Source: Rozella allomycis CSF55 (lineage: Eukaryota). From it: a stretch of 64,000 nt of DNA. Location of the stretch: contig KE561071.1 of the NCBI GenBank assembly GCA_000442015.1, forward strand, positions 62,001 through 126,000. Reading direction: 5' to 3'. Below the pieces are notes generated by a model. That model searched no databases. It saw only the letters and a program-made list of their open reading frames with translations, and had not been told where the DNA came from. Shown here one piece after another: positions 38,712-52,483 of this stretch. Within the stretch, counting starts at the first letter, position 1. Each line of letters starts with the position of its first letter. The translations under genes and the position numbers were made by a program.

Positions 38712-40674
38712 ATGACTTCGTTGGAAAACTATGGAAAGTTTGATAAAATACAGGTATCTGATAGCGACAATGAAGAAAAAAACAAGAAAAAGGAAGTAAA
38801 TGAAGGCGACGTGGAATCGGAGAAGAGTGAGTTGGAATCGGAGGTAGAAGAGGAGAGTTCTGTTTTTGATGATCTTTTCCGCAATATGAATGAAAAGCAT
38901 TTTAAAAGCTGGATGGAGAATATAACGACCAACTCTGGCAGGCTCTCTGATGTCAAAATTAGACAGCAGGACAAGAATACTTTTATTGTGGAGCCTGTGT
39001 TCCAGAAAAAGGAGCAAAATAAAAAGAATAAGAAAGGAAATGAAAAGAAAAATAATGAAAGTGAGGCTGGTGCTGGAAAGAGTGTGAGTGAGAATTCAGC
39101 GTCTCAATTTGAGGTGATGGAAAAGAGGTACAAGGAGAAGATTAGAGAAAGAAGAAGTGATGCCAAACACCGACACTGCCCTGATGATTTACCAACCATT
39201 TACGGCTACGCTCCATATTTGTCTAGTTTGGATATTCTTCCTGAAGAAGCGTACAATGAACCACCAAAAGATGAATATTTTGAGCAACTAAGAAAAGGAA
39301 ATTTGTTTCCCCAGTTTGGCGCTGACCGGGATAGTGCTTTGCCTGATGGGTTTTGCCCATCTGACGACAGTGACGATGATGACCCAATAATGCTGTAAAC
39401 AACAAATTAAATAAAAATAGACCATTCTTTGGTATTTCGCCAAAGCAAGTGGATAATTTGCAAAAAATAATTGCAAATTATGCCTTGAATAAAATCCAGG
39501 AAGAAGCTGCTAATGTATCGTATGATAATGTGTATTATGTTTTGCATATTCGTATTTGTGAAATAAGACCAGCGATATGGCGCCGAGTTAGAGTGCCAGC
39601 AGCTATTTCATTGTCGATGTTGCATGATAGAATCTTGGGGCCTGTTTTAGGATGGTGTCGAAATTATCATTCGTATTTGTTTGCGTTGCCTTCGATGATG
39701 TACAAGAAGAAGAGAAAGCCACATCCAAAGCATGATATTTCGTAAATTTTAATTTTGGCGATTAAAAGATTTGGGCCAGTTAGATCGTTGGCAGTTGATA
39801 TGATGCATCGATTGACTAGACGCGGAGGTTCTTGTATGATAGATGATTCGAAAGTGTGTTTGGGGGATTTATTGAAACACCCTGGTCAATATTTGAAATA
39901 CATTTACGATTTGGGCGATTGTTGGTAAGGGAATGTATTATTGATGATAGGAAACATATTATAACATTGGAGGAAGTGATTCATAATCTGCCAGAAAACC
40001 AATCAGCGTTTTCCTTGTTGGAGGGTAGAAGGGATTGCCCACCAGAAGTAAAATGATAAAAATGAGTAATAAAGGATTGTGGCAGTATGAAGGCTTATTG
40101 CGAGAAACTTTATCAATTCGCACATTGCAAGGATCAAAAGTATAAAGATTCAATCGAGGCGTTATTCACAGCTAAAAATAGATTCCACCGAATTTCTGGG
40201 TCATTAGATGGATCTTTTCCAAATATCAATGCGTTTGATCCATCGTATTTTGATTTTGAAGGAACAAATGAGGCAATGGTTAGAGCGTTGAGATCCAAGG
40301 CATCACAGTTGGAAGACAGCCAATTTCTACATTTTCCGAAAGACAATCAACCAGGGAAGCCATTGAGAAAAGGTCCTTCTACAAAGATTTGTACGTTTTG
40401 CTTGAAGCATGAAAGCGAAGTGAAGAAGCGCGGGACCAAACTTAAATTGTGTTCACGATGTAGAAATGTTCATTATTGTTCTGTTGAGTGTCAAAAAGAA
40501 GATTGGAATAATCATAAGAGACTTTGTGTTGATTTAGCGTCGCTTGTTGGGCTTCCAATTGAAGATGAGCCTAAACCAAAGCACGTGACGCCTGAGCCAC
40601 AAGAGCCAGTGAATGAAACTGTTTCGACGTCAAAGAATAAAAAGAAAAAGAAAAACAACAAGAAACGTAAATAA
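38712..40674 (+). CDS. pRiA4b ORF-3 (MM3350)-like domain plus MYND zinc finger protein
   Basis: IRPAIWRRVRVP...LHDRIL...GWCRNYHSYLF; YIYDLGDCW; LEGRRDCPPE; C-terminal CTFC...CSRC...YCSVECQKEDWNNHKRLC. Confidence 0.8.
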
Positions 40675-40732
40675 ATAAATTTAATCTTTTCAATGAACTT
40701 TAAGATGATTTATTTGTAGAGATTTGAATGAT

Positions 40733-43700
40733 TTATTTCTGATAGATTGGAGGCAAGAGGGATTGAGTGCTTCCCTTCTTTAAACTATTTGTTGTGTACA
40801 AAGAAACTTTGCTATCTTTAATGTTGCCATCTTTAACGTTTTCATTTTTATTAATTTTCTTTTTGAATCTTAACATTGGAAGAATCATTTTTGCATTCAT
40901 TTTGTTAGATTTAGCAGAAGCATCACGTGGCAATGAAATTGTAGATCTAATTTGATATTTCAAAGTAAATAATTCTGTTTTGATTTCCAGATTTATGGGT
41001 CTCAAACTAATCTTCTTTTCTGGTTTAAAGTAGACTGTGAAATCATTTGATTGATCATTTGAAAGAATTCCATTGCAAGGGTTAATTTTAAACCAATTAA
41101 AAGAATCATCCAAGAAATAAGCTTGGAATTGCAATGGACGTTCAGATAAATTTATTCTTGAAAAATTAATAAAAGTTTCTTGGCCAACAAACCCTTCAAT
41201 GTTTAAAACTTCAGTCACTTCATTTCCTCTGCCAGCAACAATCAAACTTTGACGCCATCTTCCACCCAAATGATCTTCTAAAATTATTTCACATTCTCTA
41301 TAGCACGAATCTTGTGGCACAAACAAAATCTATTTTTAAATTAAATTCATTTTTTACTTCAAATGTGAATTTTAAACAAAATTCTAAAATTTCTAATTTT
41401 GTTATCGATAAAGTTAAGCCCCTTTCAGGTTCTCCATTATCAATTGAAAATTTAACATAAAATGAAAATTTATCCAACAATTCCATCAATTCACTCGATT
41501 CAATATTTGATTCTATTTTTGTATGATAATTTGAAACTATCATTGGAATTGTCACTCTTGTTTCTTGTCCAACCTTTCCTTCAATTAATTCTCTTCCCTC
41601 CATCAACACCTCTGGTATCGCCTTTCATTCCCCCAATCAATAATTACCTTTATTGGATATCGCCAAACAATCCCCTTTTCATTACACTCCACAATAACTG
41701 TAGCTCTGCATTCCTTCATTTCTTTAGGCGCTAAAATAATCGGTATATTAAACATCTGTTTGGCGTTAACTTGAAACTTTTTCTTCAAGTTCAATTGTGG
41801 CAACTACTATCACCCTTTAAACACTTTTACTTGAATGCAATTTTTACTACAAACATTTTCTAAATTTATTGAAACTTGAATAGGTTCCGTAAATGGATTC
41901 CTAAAATCAATTGAAAATGGCGTTGAAACATCAACCAACCCCTGCAATTCCAAAAGTGGCGCCTCATTCGGCATTGTTGAAACTCCACACACTAAATATT
42001 CAATAGTCCCAATATTCGCATGTTCAAATACTATTTTGCCAGTCTTTTCTTTTCCAACATCATTCGGGAAAAAGACAGCGTAAACTAGCCGTGAACTTCT
42101 AGCTGGAACAAACAATGTCTTCAATGGCTCAATAGGCTCAACTATATTCGATCCACTAAGAATCTGGTCTTGCGTCATTATAAAAATACAATCAATATTA
42201 ACGTAATTTATATTAAATGTAACATCCGTTTGAAGCAGATTGTCAACATAAAACGCATGTTGCTACTAAAATATTATTCGTGAATTTACAGAATATTCAT
42301 TTAAGGCAGCTTCAAGTAAAGGAAGTGAAATTGGCTTTGCCGGTTGCACATCCAACAATAATTCATACGTAAATTCAGCCAAAATTTCATTGCTAAATGT
42401 AATTCTCGCTCTTCTTATTCCAACTTGTTTAACTGTTAACGTTTAATATAAAATTTTACTAGCTACAAAACACAACTTGTAAACTTGTTGCTTCTTTGAT
42501 GGAACAATGATAGAATTCGGTCCAATCAATTCATCATCATCATATTCAACCCTAAATTCTAAATCTACGTCAGCTGGATTCGTAACAGTAATTTCAACTA
42601 TCGCTTGTTTGTTCTGCTCCACCGAAACTTTTATGGTTCCTTCTGGTGGTGTTTTCTCAACCTCCAATTCAAATGCATACCAAATCCTCTCTCGATTCTT
42701 TCTTGAAATAAACGACAAACAATCCTTTATTGTTCCACTACAGTTTGGCTGGAAAACAAGCTTATAATCAATAATCTTTTTGGCGGGAACTTTAACACTT
42801 GAAGGCGAAAGTAAATTTGGCAATCCAGTAATGACGTCATATTCAACATCTTCATCAGAAGAATTATCCAATCTTAGTAATTTTATAACCTCTTATTTAA
42901 ATGTATATTTTTTACTTGCTGTCTAGCTCTGCATTTTGTTACAAATGTGTCATTTGGCAATGGCTCTTCACCAACACCATTCAATGCAAATACATGATTC
43001 TGGTTTGTGTTGGAATTTGTTAAACTTAAAACAGCCGCATATTCACCCTGCAAAGGTGGTTGAAATGTCAATGGATACAGTGTTGTTTGTTGAGGTCTGG
43101 CTATAATAGTGGTAGGTCCACTGAATGCATTAGATCCTTGAATGAATGCCTTTTATTACCACTTTAAAATTAAATTTACTCTAATGTTCCATGAATCATT
43201 TGTTTTATTAACAATTGGAATTTCTTGTTCTATTTTCTGTCTAGCTGGCACAATCATGTCTAAATCAGCTCTGCAACCTTCAGCTATTGAAACACCTTCT
43301 AATTTATAGACTCTTATATCATGGGCATCCAAGCAAGACAAAATTATATAACAACTATATCTCCCAGGCATCTTTAATTTTCAAGTTAAAATTTTACTTT
43401 ACCTTTGGTTCAAATGTAACTGAAAGCTCAAAATAAGTTGCTGATTCATTAAAAGAAGTCAAACTTTGATTTTCTTCCAGATTGATCTCCGTTGGACCCT
43501 TGAAGTAACTATTGGAATATTCCACCTCATTATCTAAATCCATCAATCTTACTTTGTATCTCGTTGCTTCTTCAGGCAACGAATAAAGTTCTCTCAATGC
43601 AGCAATTTGTTGGTTTTCCTTTTTGGACACTTTAACTTTGGGGTTCAACAGGTAATTATTAACAGCTTTTTCTCTATTTAAACTATTAAATGATATTCTC

Positions 43701-46700
43701 AATGATTTTTCCAACTTGTTTCCACATTTGCAAGTGTATTGAAAAGTTTCAGATGGGACTGGAATTGTGGCTTTTCCCTTTACTTGGTAGAGAAACTCTC
43801 CAACATTTTCATCTACAAAATATAGAGTTGCTTCGTGATTCCCCAACTAAAATAATCAATTGATGGATTTCATACTGTGAATGGACAAAATGCGATTGGC
43901 AATTTAGCCATGCCGTCCCCTTCCAACACTATTTCAGTAAATGGTATTCTAAACGCTGGTGGAATTGTATCGGTTGAAGATGATTCTTCGAGAACCTATT
44001 TTATTAATCCTTTGTGTATTACTTGAACCAAATCAACACTAGAACTATTCTTTTTGCCTCGCCAGTCTTTTTGCGCGCTTTGAACAGATTTAGTGACTAC
44101 TTTAAAAGTCTTTAACTGAATTGAAAATTTTCCTCTCATTGGGAAGGGATTCTTAATCTCTAGTTGGATAGTAGTTGGAGGATGAGAATACAATGGGCCT
44201 ATTCATGCCTAGTGAAGAAATTACCTTGATTATCTTAATAAATGAATTAATTTACCTTCAATTTCAAAAATTTGTTTTGGATGTGGCTTTTCAACATCTG
44301 ATGTTAAATTGAAAACTAAAACAGAAGCAGTTTCCAATGTCATTTTAGATGATTTCAGAGTAATTTGAGCTTTGGCGGTTCTAGAAAACCTGTATGAAAA
44401 ATAATTAAAGAATAAACCTTGAAAAGTAGTCAATGGCATATTTAACATTTGACTTTGAAGGTACAGTCACTGTTATTTCTTTAATAGAGAATTCTGGAGC
44501 TCCTTCTAATTGGACAAGAAAGGTTAGAGATTTATTAGTTGGATTGTTGATTTCAATGTACTTTGTTATCTTTTCATGCAGCTTTCCTTTAAATACAATG
44601 TCATCTTTAGGAATGAATTCAGGCAAAACTAGAAACAGATATGTTAATAACAGAATAATGTCTTTAATAAATTTCAATTTGATTATTTACCATAAGCGAA
44701 GGGTTTCATGATTCTATCAGGTGAAAATCTAAACCCTGGCAAGATATTCTGAAGCGTCTGAGAAACTAAATTTGCATTTTTGTTTCTCATAGCTTCTGAA
44801 GTAACATTGTAATTAAAATCATTTATTTCAAGTTGGCTGATGAAACATTGCAGTAAACAGCCAATGTAAACAGAGTCTTTGAAACAATCTTCAAAGTCTG
44901 TAATTTTGGCATACTTTTTGGTCAACTTTTCTAATTTCAACTAATAAATTACTTTATGATATTCAAATGAATTCCATTTCAATAAAGTTAACTCATTTGT
45001 ACTAAAAATTTTGTTTGTTGCAGTTGAAATGTCCACTTGAGCATCAACTATATTCTTTAACTGCTTTGGAGTGATTCTTTCCATTAAAAATACTTTAATT
45101 ATTTGAAAGACCAGGGTAATCCATGCTTCTCTTGAAATGATATCAAAGTTTGCTTCAAACGTAGACAAATAAGAAATAAATTCATCTGAAACAGCAGTTT
45201 GTGATTTCATGTTATGAATTCTCATTTGATTCCATTTTTTGTAATCTTGCAAAGAAAACAAATATTCAGGCTTGATGCTACCAAGCAACGCGCCTCTTGT
45301 ACAGAGATAGTTTAGAATCGCCAAGTATTGTCTTTCCATTTGAATCAATCTTTCTTCAGCAGTTCCTTTAAACGTTTTTGTAACAATTTACCTGATGGTG
45401 TCTTGAATGAAATTGGCAAATTCTTTTTTCCTCCTAAAATTTGAACCAGATCAAAGATTGGCTTTCCATTTTGTTGAATAAAAGAATTTGGGAATTCTGT
45501 GATTTGAGTATTCTATTAATGTAAATAAATTCTATTACTAGAACAAACACATCAGTAAACCATGATACAAGCATGTTAGAAATCTTAATCAATAAAGAAT
45601 AATCAACGCTTCCGTTGCTCAAACAAAGACCAGCCGGTGATGAAATGAATTTGTAATATTTTTTGAGTTTGCTATTTCAACAACCATTAATGAATACCTG
45701 AAAGATAAATTCTCCAAATCAGCACACAAATTATCATTATTACGAACAGAAACGTTTTCATTCGATGATAAATTTTTAGATTTATTATTTGATTCTTCCT
45801 TGATTGATAACCCATAACGCTTTATATTTTCCAATTCATTGACTCCAATCATTCTTCCATCGTCTCTTCTTGTTGTTTCTAAAAACCAATAATTTGTAAA
45901 TACGCTGCAATCAAAAGTCCCGTGAACAATTAACCGGAAAGACGATCCATTTCCTGTAACAAAGTCGATAAACGTATTAAATGATATCGGTTTATTAGAT
46001 TTAGACTTTATAAAGACAATTAATCTTTCTCCGTTAGACTTTAACTTCTTTCCTTGAGGAAATGATAACGTCAAATTTATTGGCTGAGAATCTGGCGGAG
46101 ATTTGAAATTCAATTCGTTTCTATCACATCCATAATTTAAAATATTAAAACATGAGACAGCTTCAACACCACATGGAACAATCGGAAGATAAATTTCTGG
46201 TNTATTGGAATTGTTAATGTTATCCAAATACACAATTCTCCAGTAAATAACTTTGTTCCATTGACTCGTTAAAGTTAAATTTGAATCATTGTCTAAAAAA
46301 GTACTAAGNCTGGTGGGTCAAAAATTAACGCGGGCTCAACACCCATCCCTTGTAAATTTAGTAATGTGGATGAAATAACTTTATCATTCATATCAATCGC
46401 TTCAATCATAAAATCAGCAGTAGATAAACCTATTTAGTATAAATATCGCAATTACCTAATTTGGTTGGTCTAAACGTTATTTTGATGCTAGTTGAAACCC
46501 CAAAAGATAAAGATCCAACCAAGCTAGAAAAACGAAAAGAATTATTGGAATTGTTAATGTTATCTAAATACACAATTCTCCAGTAAATAACTTTGTTCCA
46601 TTGACTCGTTAAAGTTAAATTTGAATCATTGTCTAAAAAAGTACTAAGAGAATACATCAATTNATAAGAGCAATGGCGAGGGCAAAGACTTTGAACAAAC

Positions 46701-49700
46701 CAAAGGAGAGGCATTTTCCATCCATTCAATTTCACCACTGATCGATTTTAACGGTAATTTAAACTCGTTAATTTCATCTTCTTTAGTTGGCGCGTAAATC
46801 AACGTTAATGTTAGACTTGATTTTGGCTGAACAATAATACTGTAGAATTTATTCGATTTAATGAGATTTGACTTCAAATGAGAAGAACCTCTCATCCCAT
46901 TTGTCTTTTTGGAATTATCCAAAGCGGTTTCATTATTCTCAGTTTCTTCAATTGAAAAACTTTCATATTTATTTAAATCTAAATGCAATTGAGCTTGAAC
47001 GAGTTCATTATTGATTAAAGTAAAATTCTTTCTAGATGAATTTCCAACATAAACGGGCTCCTTAAACATCAAATCACAGAAAGAAACAACAACGTGCGGT
47101 TCAACTGCCATATACGTGATTCCTAATCTTAATCCTCTCGTTCCCAAATAAAATATTTGAGTCGTCTCGTGAAATTTTCCCGGTTTACTCGGTAAAACTC
47201 TGCAAGTTAAATCAATTATCCCGCCCGCGGCCAATAATCCTTCATGGGGCTCAATTGTAACTTGGCCTTTGGGAATGTAAAAGAATGTATCCAAAGTCCC
47301 AGTGTTTCTTAATTTGATAATTCTTTCAAATGTAGTAAAAGTTGAAACAATTGACTGGTCAGTAATAGAGTTTTCAAGCGTTGCATTGTCACCCTCATTT
47401 CCATTATCTTTGTCATGCATGTACACTGGAATCATTCCATACTCAATATCTTTAATATTAACAACACAAGTAGTTGGAGTAACTATCGCATGGCATGAAA
47501 TTGATAATCGATCACCGTTTTCAACTAGCAAATACCAAACTTCATCTATTTTCTGTCTAGATCCAGGAATAAATCTAACTTTAATATTTAAACTTGAATT
47601 AGGTTCAATTACTCCAAATCTAGGATTAATCGAAAAATACTCGGGAGATTCAAAGCTTAAACATTCCTCTTTAATATTTTTGGACTCACTCATAGCATCT
47701 TTATAATTAATTGAATTTGATTTAGACCAAACAAAATTTGCATAGACTTTGTGATTATTCTTCAAAATTAAAACTTCTTCCTGGTAAAAGTCTTTTCTCC
47801 TAGTTATTTCTCCTTTGTGTAATCTGCCAGTTAAATCTTCAAATCTGATTTCTTTTGTCGATAATTCAAGCGATAGGGGAATCACATGGGCTAACAATTT
47901 TATAGTTGACTGATGCTTATCATTTATTTTGTATGACATTTGTTCCAAGAAAGATCCGGTTATTTTACCCGTAAAGTTTATCACAAATCCTGCAGCATTC
48001 TTCTTCGGCACATACTGAATCAACGAATTTTCGCATTCTATTTCAAAACTCGGATTATTCTTTGGCAACTCCAATTCAATCTTTATTGCATTTCTTGATC
48101 CATTTATAAAATTTAAATTGAACGATTTCTTTGAATTTAAAATGATAGTTCCGAATTCTATTTGTTGCGTTAAGCAGTTGATTTTTGACAACTCTGATGG
48201 CACAATCGGCTTTTGACATTCCTGTCTTTGCTTTTCAGATATTGGATTAGAGGAATGAAAGGGTGCTAAACTGCCTGGTTTCAAATTGGTATTTGCCATA
48301 TTGTCTATTGAATTATTGTTGAAGTTGTCCAGTTCTTTATAGTTACTCGCATTGGTATCAAACTTTAAATCTCTTAACACTTCTTCAAGATCGATGTCGG
48401 GTGCATTCAAGCCATTTATCGGATCATAATTCTTTTCTTCTATTTCATCAAGATTTAACAAATCTTTCATTTTAAACGATTTATCATTAAAGACTATATT
48501 CGATCTCTTTTCACTAATTCGTTTATTTCTATGATTTCTAATATATTTAATATGCTTTTCCCTATTAATGTTCAACTGCTTTCTTTCTATTATATTTCTT
48601 TCCTTCGATGATCTAACTCCCCTGGTAGATTCAGGATGTCTCTTTAAGTACTTATCTAGAAATTTGTCTTCATTTTTATCCGCGTAATAAGAAGGCACTT
48701 TCCACATCGAGCCATAAACTGAATTCATGCTACTCAACTGCATGTCTCCGTTTTCAGTAACTTTTGCAACACATAAGGCGTTTATTCGTAGATAAAGTGT
48801 ACAAAGGTATTGATTATCAACAGTCAAAACTTTGATTGGTAAATTAAAACTACAATCCCCCAACTGTCTAGGAAAGAACAGAACATTAATCTCTTCAAAA
48901 CCACCCCTTTCTATAACATTTTGATTCACGCTGAATTTAAAATTTGGAAACTGTGCTATTTCATACCTCACAGGTAATTTTGAACTTTGGTTTCTCATGT
49001 AACACTTTAACTCTTTCTTTTCTTCACATTTTACTTGGCCAAATTCCAACTCTTTAACAGATAGAGATACGTCAATGGGATTAACAGTGGCTACACAATC
49101 GATTTCCAAGGGTTCTGCCATAATTGTCTGTTCAAATTCAGGAAATACCTCACAATCTTCGCCAACATTATTCATCAACTCAATTGCAAACGTATATTTC
49201 TTTTTCAACTCTCTTGGGGACTGAAGCACAAGCTTATTTTGAAATCCATGTCTGTTTTTATTCTTTTTTGATTTGACAGTCACTGAGATATTGACTTCTG
49301 AGTTTCCTGGGACAAGAAATTTATCTTTTGAAAAAATGATCACATCTTCTTCTATTACTTCACAAGACAAATTTTCAGTGGATCCTAGTGAGCACCTCGC
49401 ATGAAGCGGTCCATGGTTAACAAATTTAACATGCATATCTCTCTTTTCTCCAGCGAACATTTCTCCAAATTTACATTCTGCGTAGACCAAGTCATCACCA
49501 ATTTTTGTACTTAATCTTACACTTTGTCTTGTAACATTCGCTTTAATATTCAAGACCTTTGTATACTTGTCGTTTGCAACAAATGGTTTCATAGGAGAAT
49601 CATATAAAGGTCTGACAGTAAATATCTCAGCTCTTAAGGGCATATTAAGTAATTCAATCATCTCGGGATCAATTTTGATTTTCACGTTTGTTACATGGTT

Positions 49701-50396
49701 AGCATTGGTTGCGAATTGATGACCTTCAAGGAAAAATGTTCTGGGGCTAACAGTCATTATTTCGTCATCATAGTCACCGAATTGTACAAAGCAGGGTTTC
49801 TCTCCTACATTGTTAATTACAACGTTCCGTTCTAGCACTGGCTTTTGGCTTTCATCGTGCCAGACAATGTTACCGAAATTCAACGAAGATATCATTTCCA
49901 CTTTTGCTACAGATGGTGTCGCGTTCAAAGGAATAGTCAATGTCTTTTTCATGCCTATAATTTCTATGGTAATCGAATCTTTATATGCATTTTCGGATTC
50001 ATCTAACTGGACTTCATCATCTTGGTTGAATAGATTTGGCGAATCATGCTTTTCTCTTTTTATCTCTTGATTGATTTCTGGAGACCTTTCTTCACCGATA
50101 AAATGAAGTAAGTTCTCGTCAAATTGCAGTGCGTCCTTGTTGCTTATTATGGATGCTTTCTTAGGTGCATTGAATTCGACTATTAAAGTCAATTCCATTC
50201 CAGGAGCCAGAAAAACAGGGTCAGTTATAAATTTAAGCGTAGAATCGACTATCTTAAAATGCTTACAAGATGGCGCCTCAATTGCAAGTCTTATACTTTT
50301 TGAATGCCTGTTGGTGATCGTAACATTTCTTTGTATTTTTTGAGAAGGCTCGTAGTGCGGAAAATCAAGCCGTTCAGGAAAAGATGTAACAACCAT
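40733..50396 (-). CDS. CFAP47: Cilia- and flagella-associated protein 47-like (many ASH/PapD-like domains plus a CH region)
   Basis: About 9.7-kb multi-exon gene with repeated Ig-like units (FG...I.N); GALLGSIKPEYLFS...SREAWITLVFQIIK; N joins at 46202, 46309 and 46663. Confidence 0.8.
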
Positions 50397-50444
50397 GAAT
50401 GAATGGTATCCACGATCTGTATTAACTAAACAAACAAATAAATT

Positions 50445-51099
50445 TTATTGGTCATCTTGTATTCTCTGTCTTCTACGTGTAGATTTTTCAGATTTCTTTG
50501 TCTCTTGTTCGAGGGACTTTTTCATGTTTCTAAAATATTATAAATCAAACCGCTTTACTCGAACATGGGATTGGATGCCACTTTCCATGGTCTTCTTAAT
50601 TCACCAGATGCTGATTTTCCAAGAAAATAAATTTTGAAGAGAGGGCTTTTAATTAAATTGAATATTGGTAAAACAGATTGGATAATCAAGGGTTGAGTAT
50701 AACCAAACTTTACGTGAAGGAACGCCAAAATAGCTACTGAAATAGATGCCTTTCATTAATTTGCTTCCGTATAATTACCTGTCTTAAGTTTTGCTTTAAT
50801 TCCATCGTATCATACTCTTGAATGCTCATTTTCACAGTTTCCTTTTTGGTCTCACCAAATGGTTCAGGAGGAGGTGTATACATAACAACAGCTTTATCGA
50901 CATTTTTCTTAACTTTGAAATAAATTAAGGCAAAGACAGAAAAAACCAAAAATTGGGCAATCGTGTAAACAGCCCTAATGGTAGTGAGGTTCTCGGGTGT
51001 GTCTAAATTAAAGTATTTGGACTATATGAAGTAAAAAAGATAACTTACAACTTGTATAGTACCAAACACAAGTATCAAAGGTAAGAGTGCAGAAAACAT
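50445..51099 (-). CDS. PHO88: Pho88/SND3 ER targeting protein
   Basis: Spliced translation gives SIQEYD...AFLHVKFGYTQPLIIQS...KIYFLGKSASGELRRPWK. Confidence 0.85.
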
Positions 51100-51306
51100 T
51101 TTAGAACCTGTAAATTTCAATAATACATGGCGACAATTTTACCAAATTTTAGGCAAATATACAGAGATTTTCGAACTGAAGAAGAAGATAAAAGGCTGGT
51201 TAATATAGCAATGATCAAGTTGGCTGTATTTATTGGATTTTGTGTCCTGTCCTCTTTTGCAGCATCTAAAACTCACTAGTCATATAGTGACTTTGGAATA
51301 AAATAT

Positions 51307-52431
51307 CTATTGTGTTGTATTCGAGCTTCGAGCTGTTTCGCTAATGTTCTGCGATGTTTTTGACAATATGAAATTGATCACCGAAGAAATGGCCACTAGA
51401 CCTAAAGATAATTGCACTTGCTGAAAGGCAATTCCAAAAGATGAAGCTGGAACGATATTTCCGTATCCTATTGTTGTGATTAAAGTCCACGTAAAATATA
51501 CCGAGTCCAAATATCTCCATTTTTCTGAATACACATAAACCAGTGCGCCCAAAAACCAAATGATCAATACGATTGATGAAACCACTACTATATCAGCGTA
51601 TTTCACAAGGATTCCTCTGGAGTTATCAAAAAGAAATGCAGGTCTCTTGAATTTGCTTACGACATGTTTCACCTTTCTTGTCAGACTATTAAGTAACCAG
51701 GAGCCGAATTGGCCAAGCATTACACCCATTATAATAATCCCTACTGTTCCGAGAATCATAGTAGCGTAAATTCCTCCGTCAGTGGAAGGCACAATGTTGC
51801 CGAAACCTGTAGTGGTAAATGTGACCAAAGCAAATTGGCCTGAGATGGCAAACGTCCAGCCTTCAATTGCGCTAAATATTATACACGATAATAAAATGAA
51901 CATCAATGCAGCAATGAATGATATAATGGTGACATATTGCGCTTTTTTCATTCCTAGAGGACCCTTCCATCCGCCGAGAAGATCAAAGGATTTATAGCAA
52001 TTGATAAATTCAAATATAATAGATAAAAGCATCAATACCGAAGCGATGATAGTCTGTGAATATTCCAAAGTAAAAATATTATCATATTCCACATTGACCG
52101 AGACTACCAAAAAAGTAAACGATATCAAAGACAAAAGTATTCTAATCAACGGGAAAAATATGGGCTGCATTAACCAAATAATTAACATTGCTGCCATATG
52201 GCGTGTCCAATGATTTAATTGTTCAAATAATGTTTTCTGCCAGAAAAAGTCTACCAATTGACAAATAATTAATAGCAATAAAAAAGCCAAAGCCGCGCAA
52301 AGAATGTAATAGCGTATAAAAATCCCGTCTGATTGACTTGATTCATTAGGAATCGATGCCAAAAAGCTAACAACAAAAGAAGTTGCAATCATGGAAAGAA
52401 TAAAGGAGAAAATCGAGTAATCGTTAATCAT
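51307..52431 (-). CDS. Two-pore-domain K+ channel (TOK-like), intronless
   Basis: Two pore loops, TTTGFGNIVP and TTIGYGNIVP, with extra N-terminal TM segments. Confidence 0.88.
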   Translation of the reverse strand: MINDYSIFSFILSMIATSFVVSFLASIPNESSQSDGIFIRYYILCAALAFLLLLIICQLVDFFWQKTLFEQLNHWTRHMAAMLIIWLMQPIFFPLIRILLSLISFTFLVVSVNVEYDNIFTLEYSQTIIASVLMLLSIIFEFINCYKSFDLLGGWKGPLGMKKAQYVTIISFIAALMFILLSCIIFSAIEGWTFAISGQFALVTFTTTGFGNIVPSTDGGIYATMILGTVGIIIMGVMLGQFGSWLLNSLTRKVKHVVSKFKRPAFLFDNSRGILVKYADIVVVSSIVLIIWFLGALVYVYSEKWRYLDSVYFTWTLITTIGYGNIVPASSFGIAFQQVQLSLGLVAISSVINFILSKTSQNISETARSSNTTQ

Positions 52432-52483
52432 TAAAGTATATCATTTTGTTATTTTTTCCCGAAATGGTAAGCGAAATTTAGTT

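Noticed and set aside
46203-46663. Internal exon duplication in CFAP47
   Set aside because: The duplicate is bounded by Ns and differs by about one base; this is a haplotype or overlap artefact.
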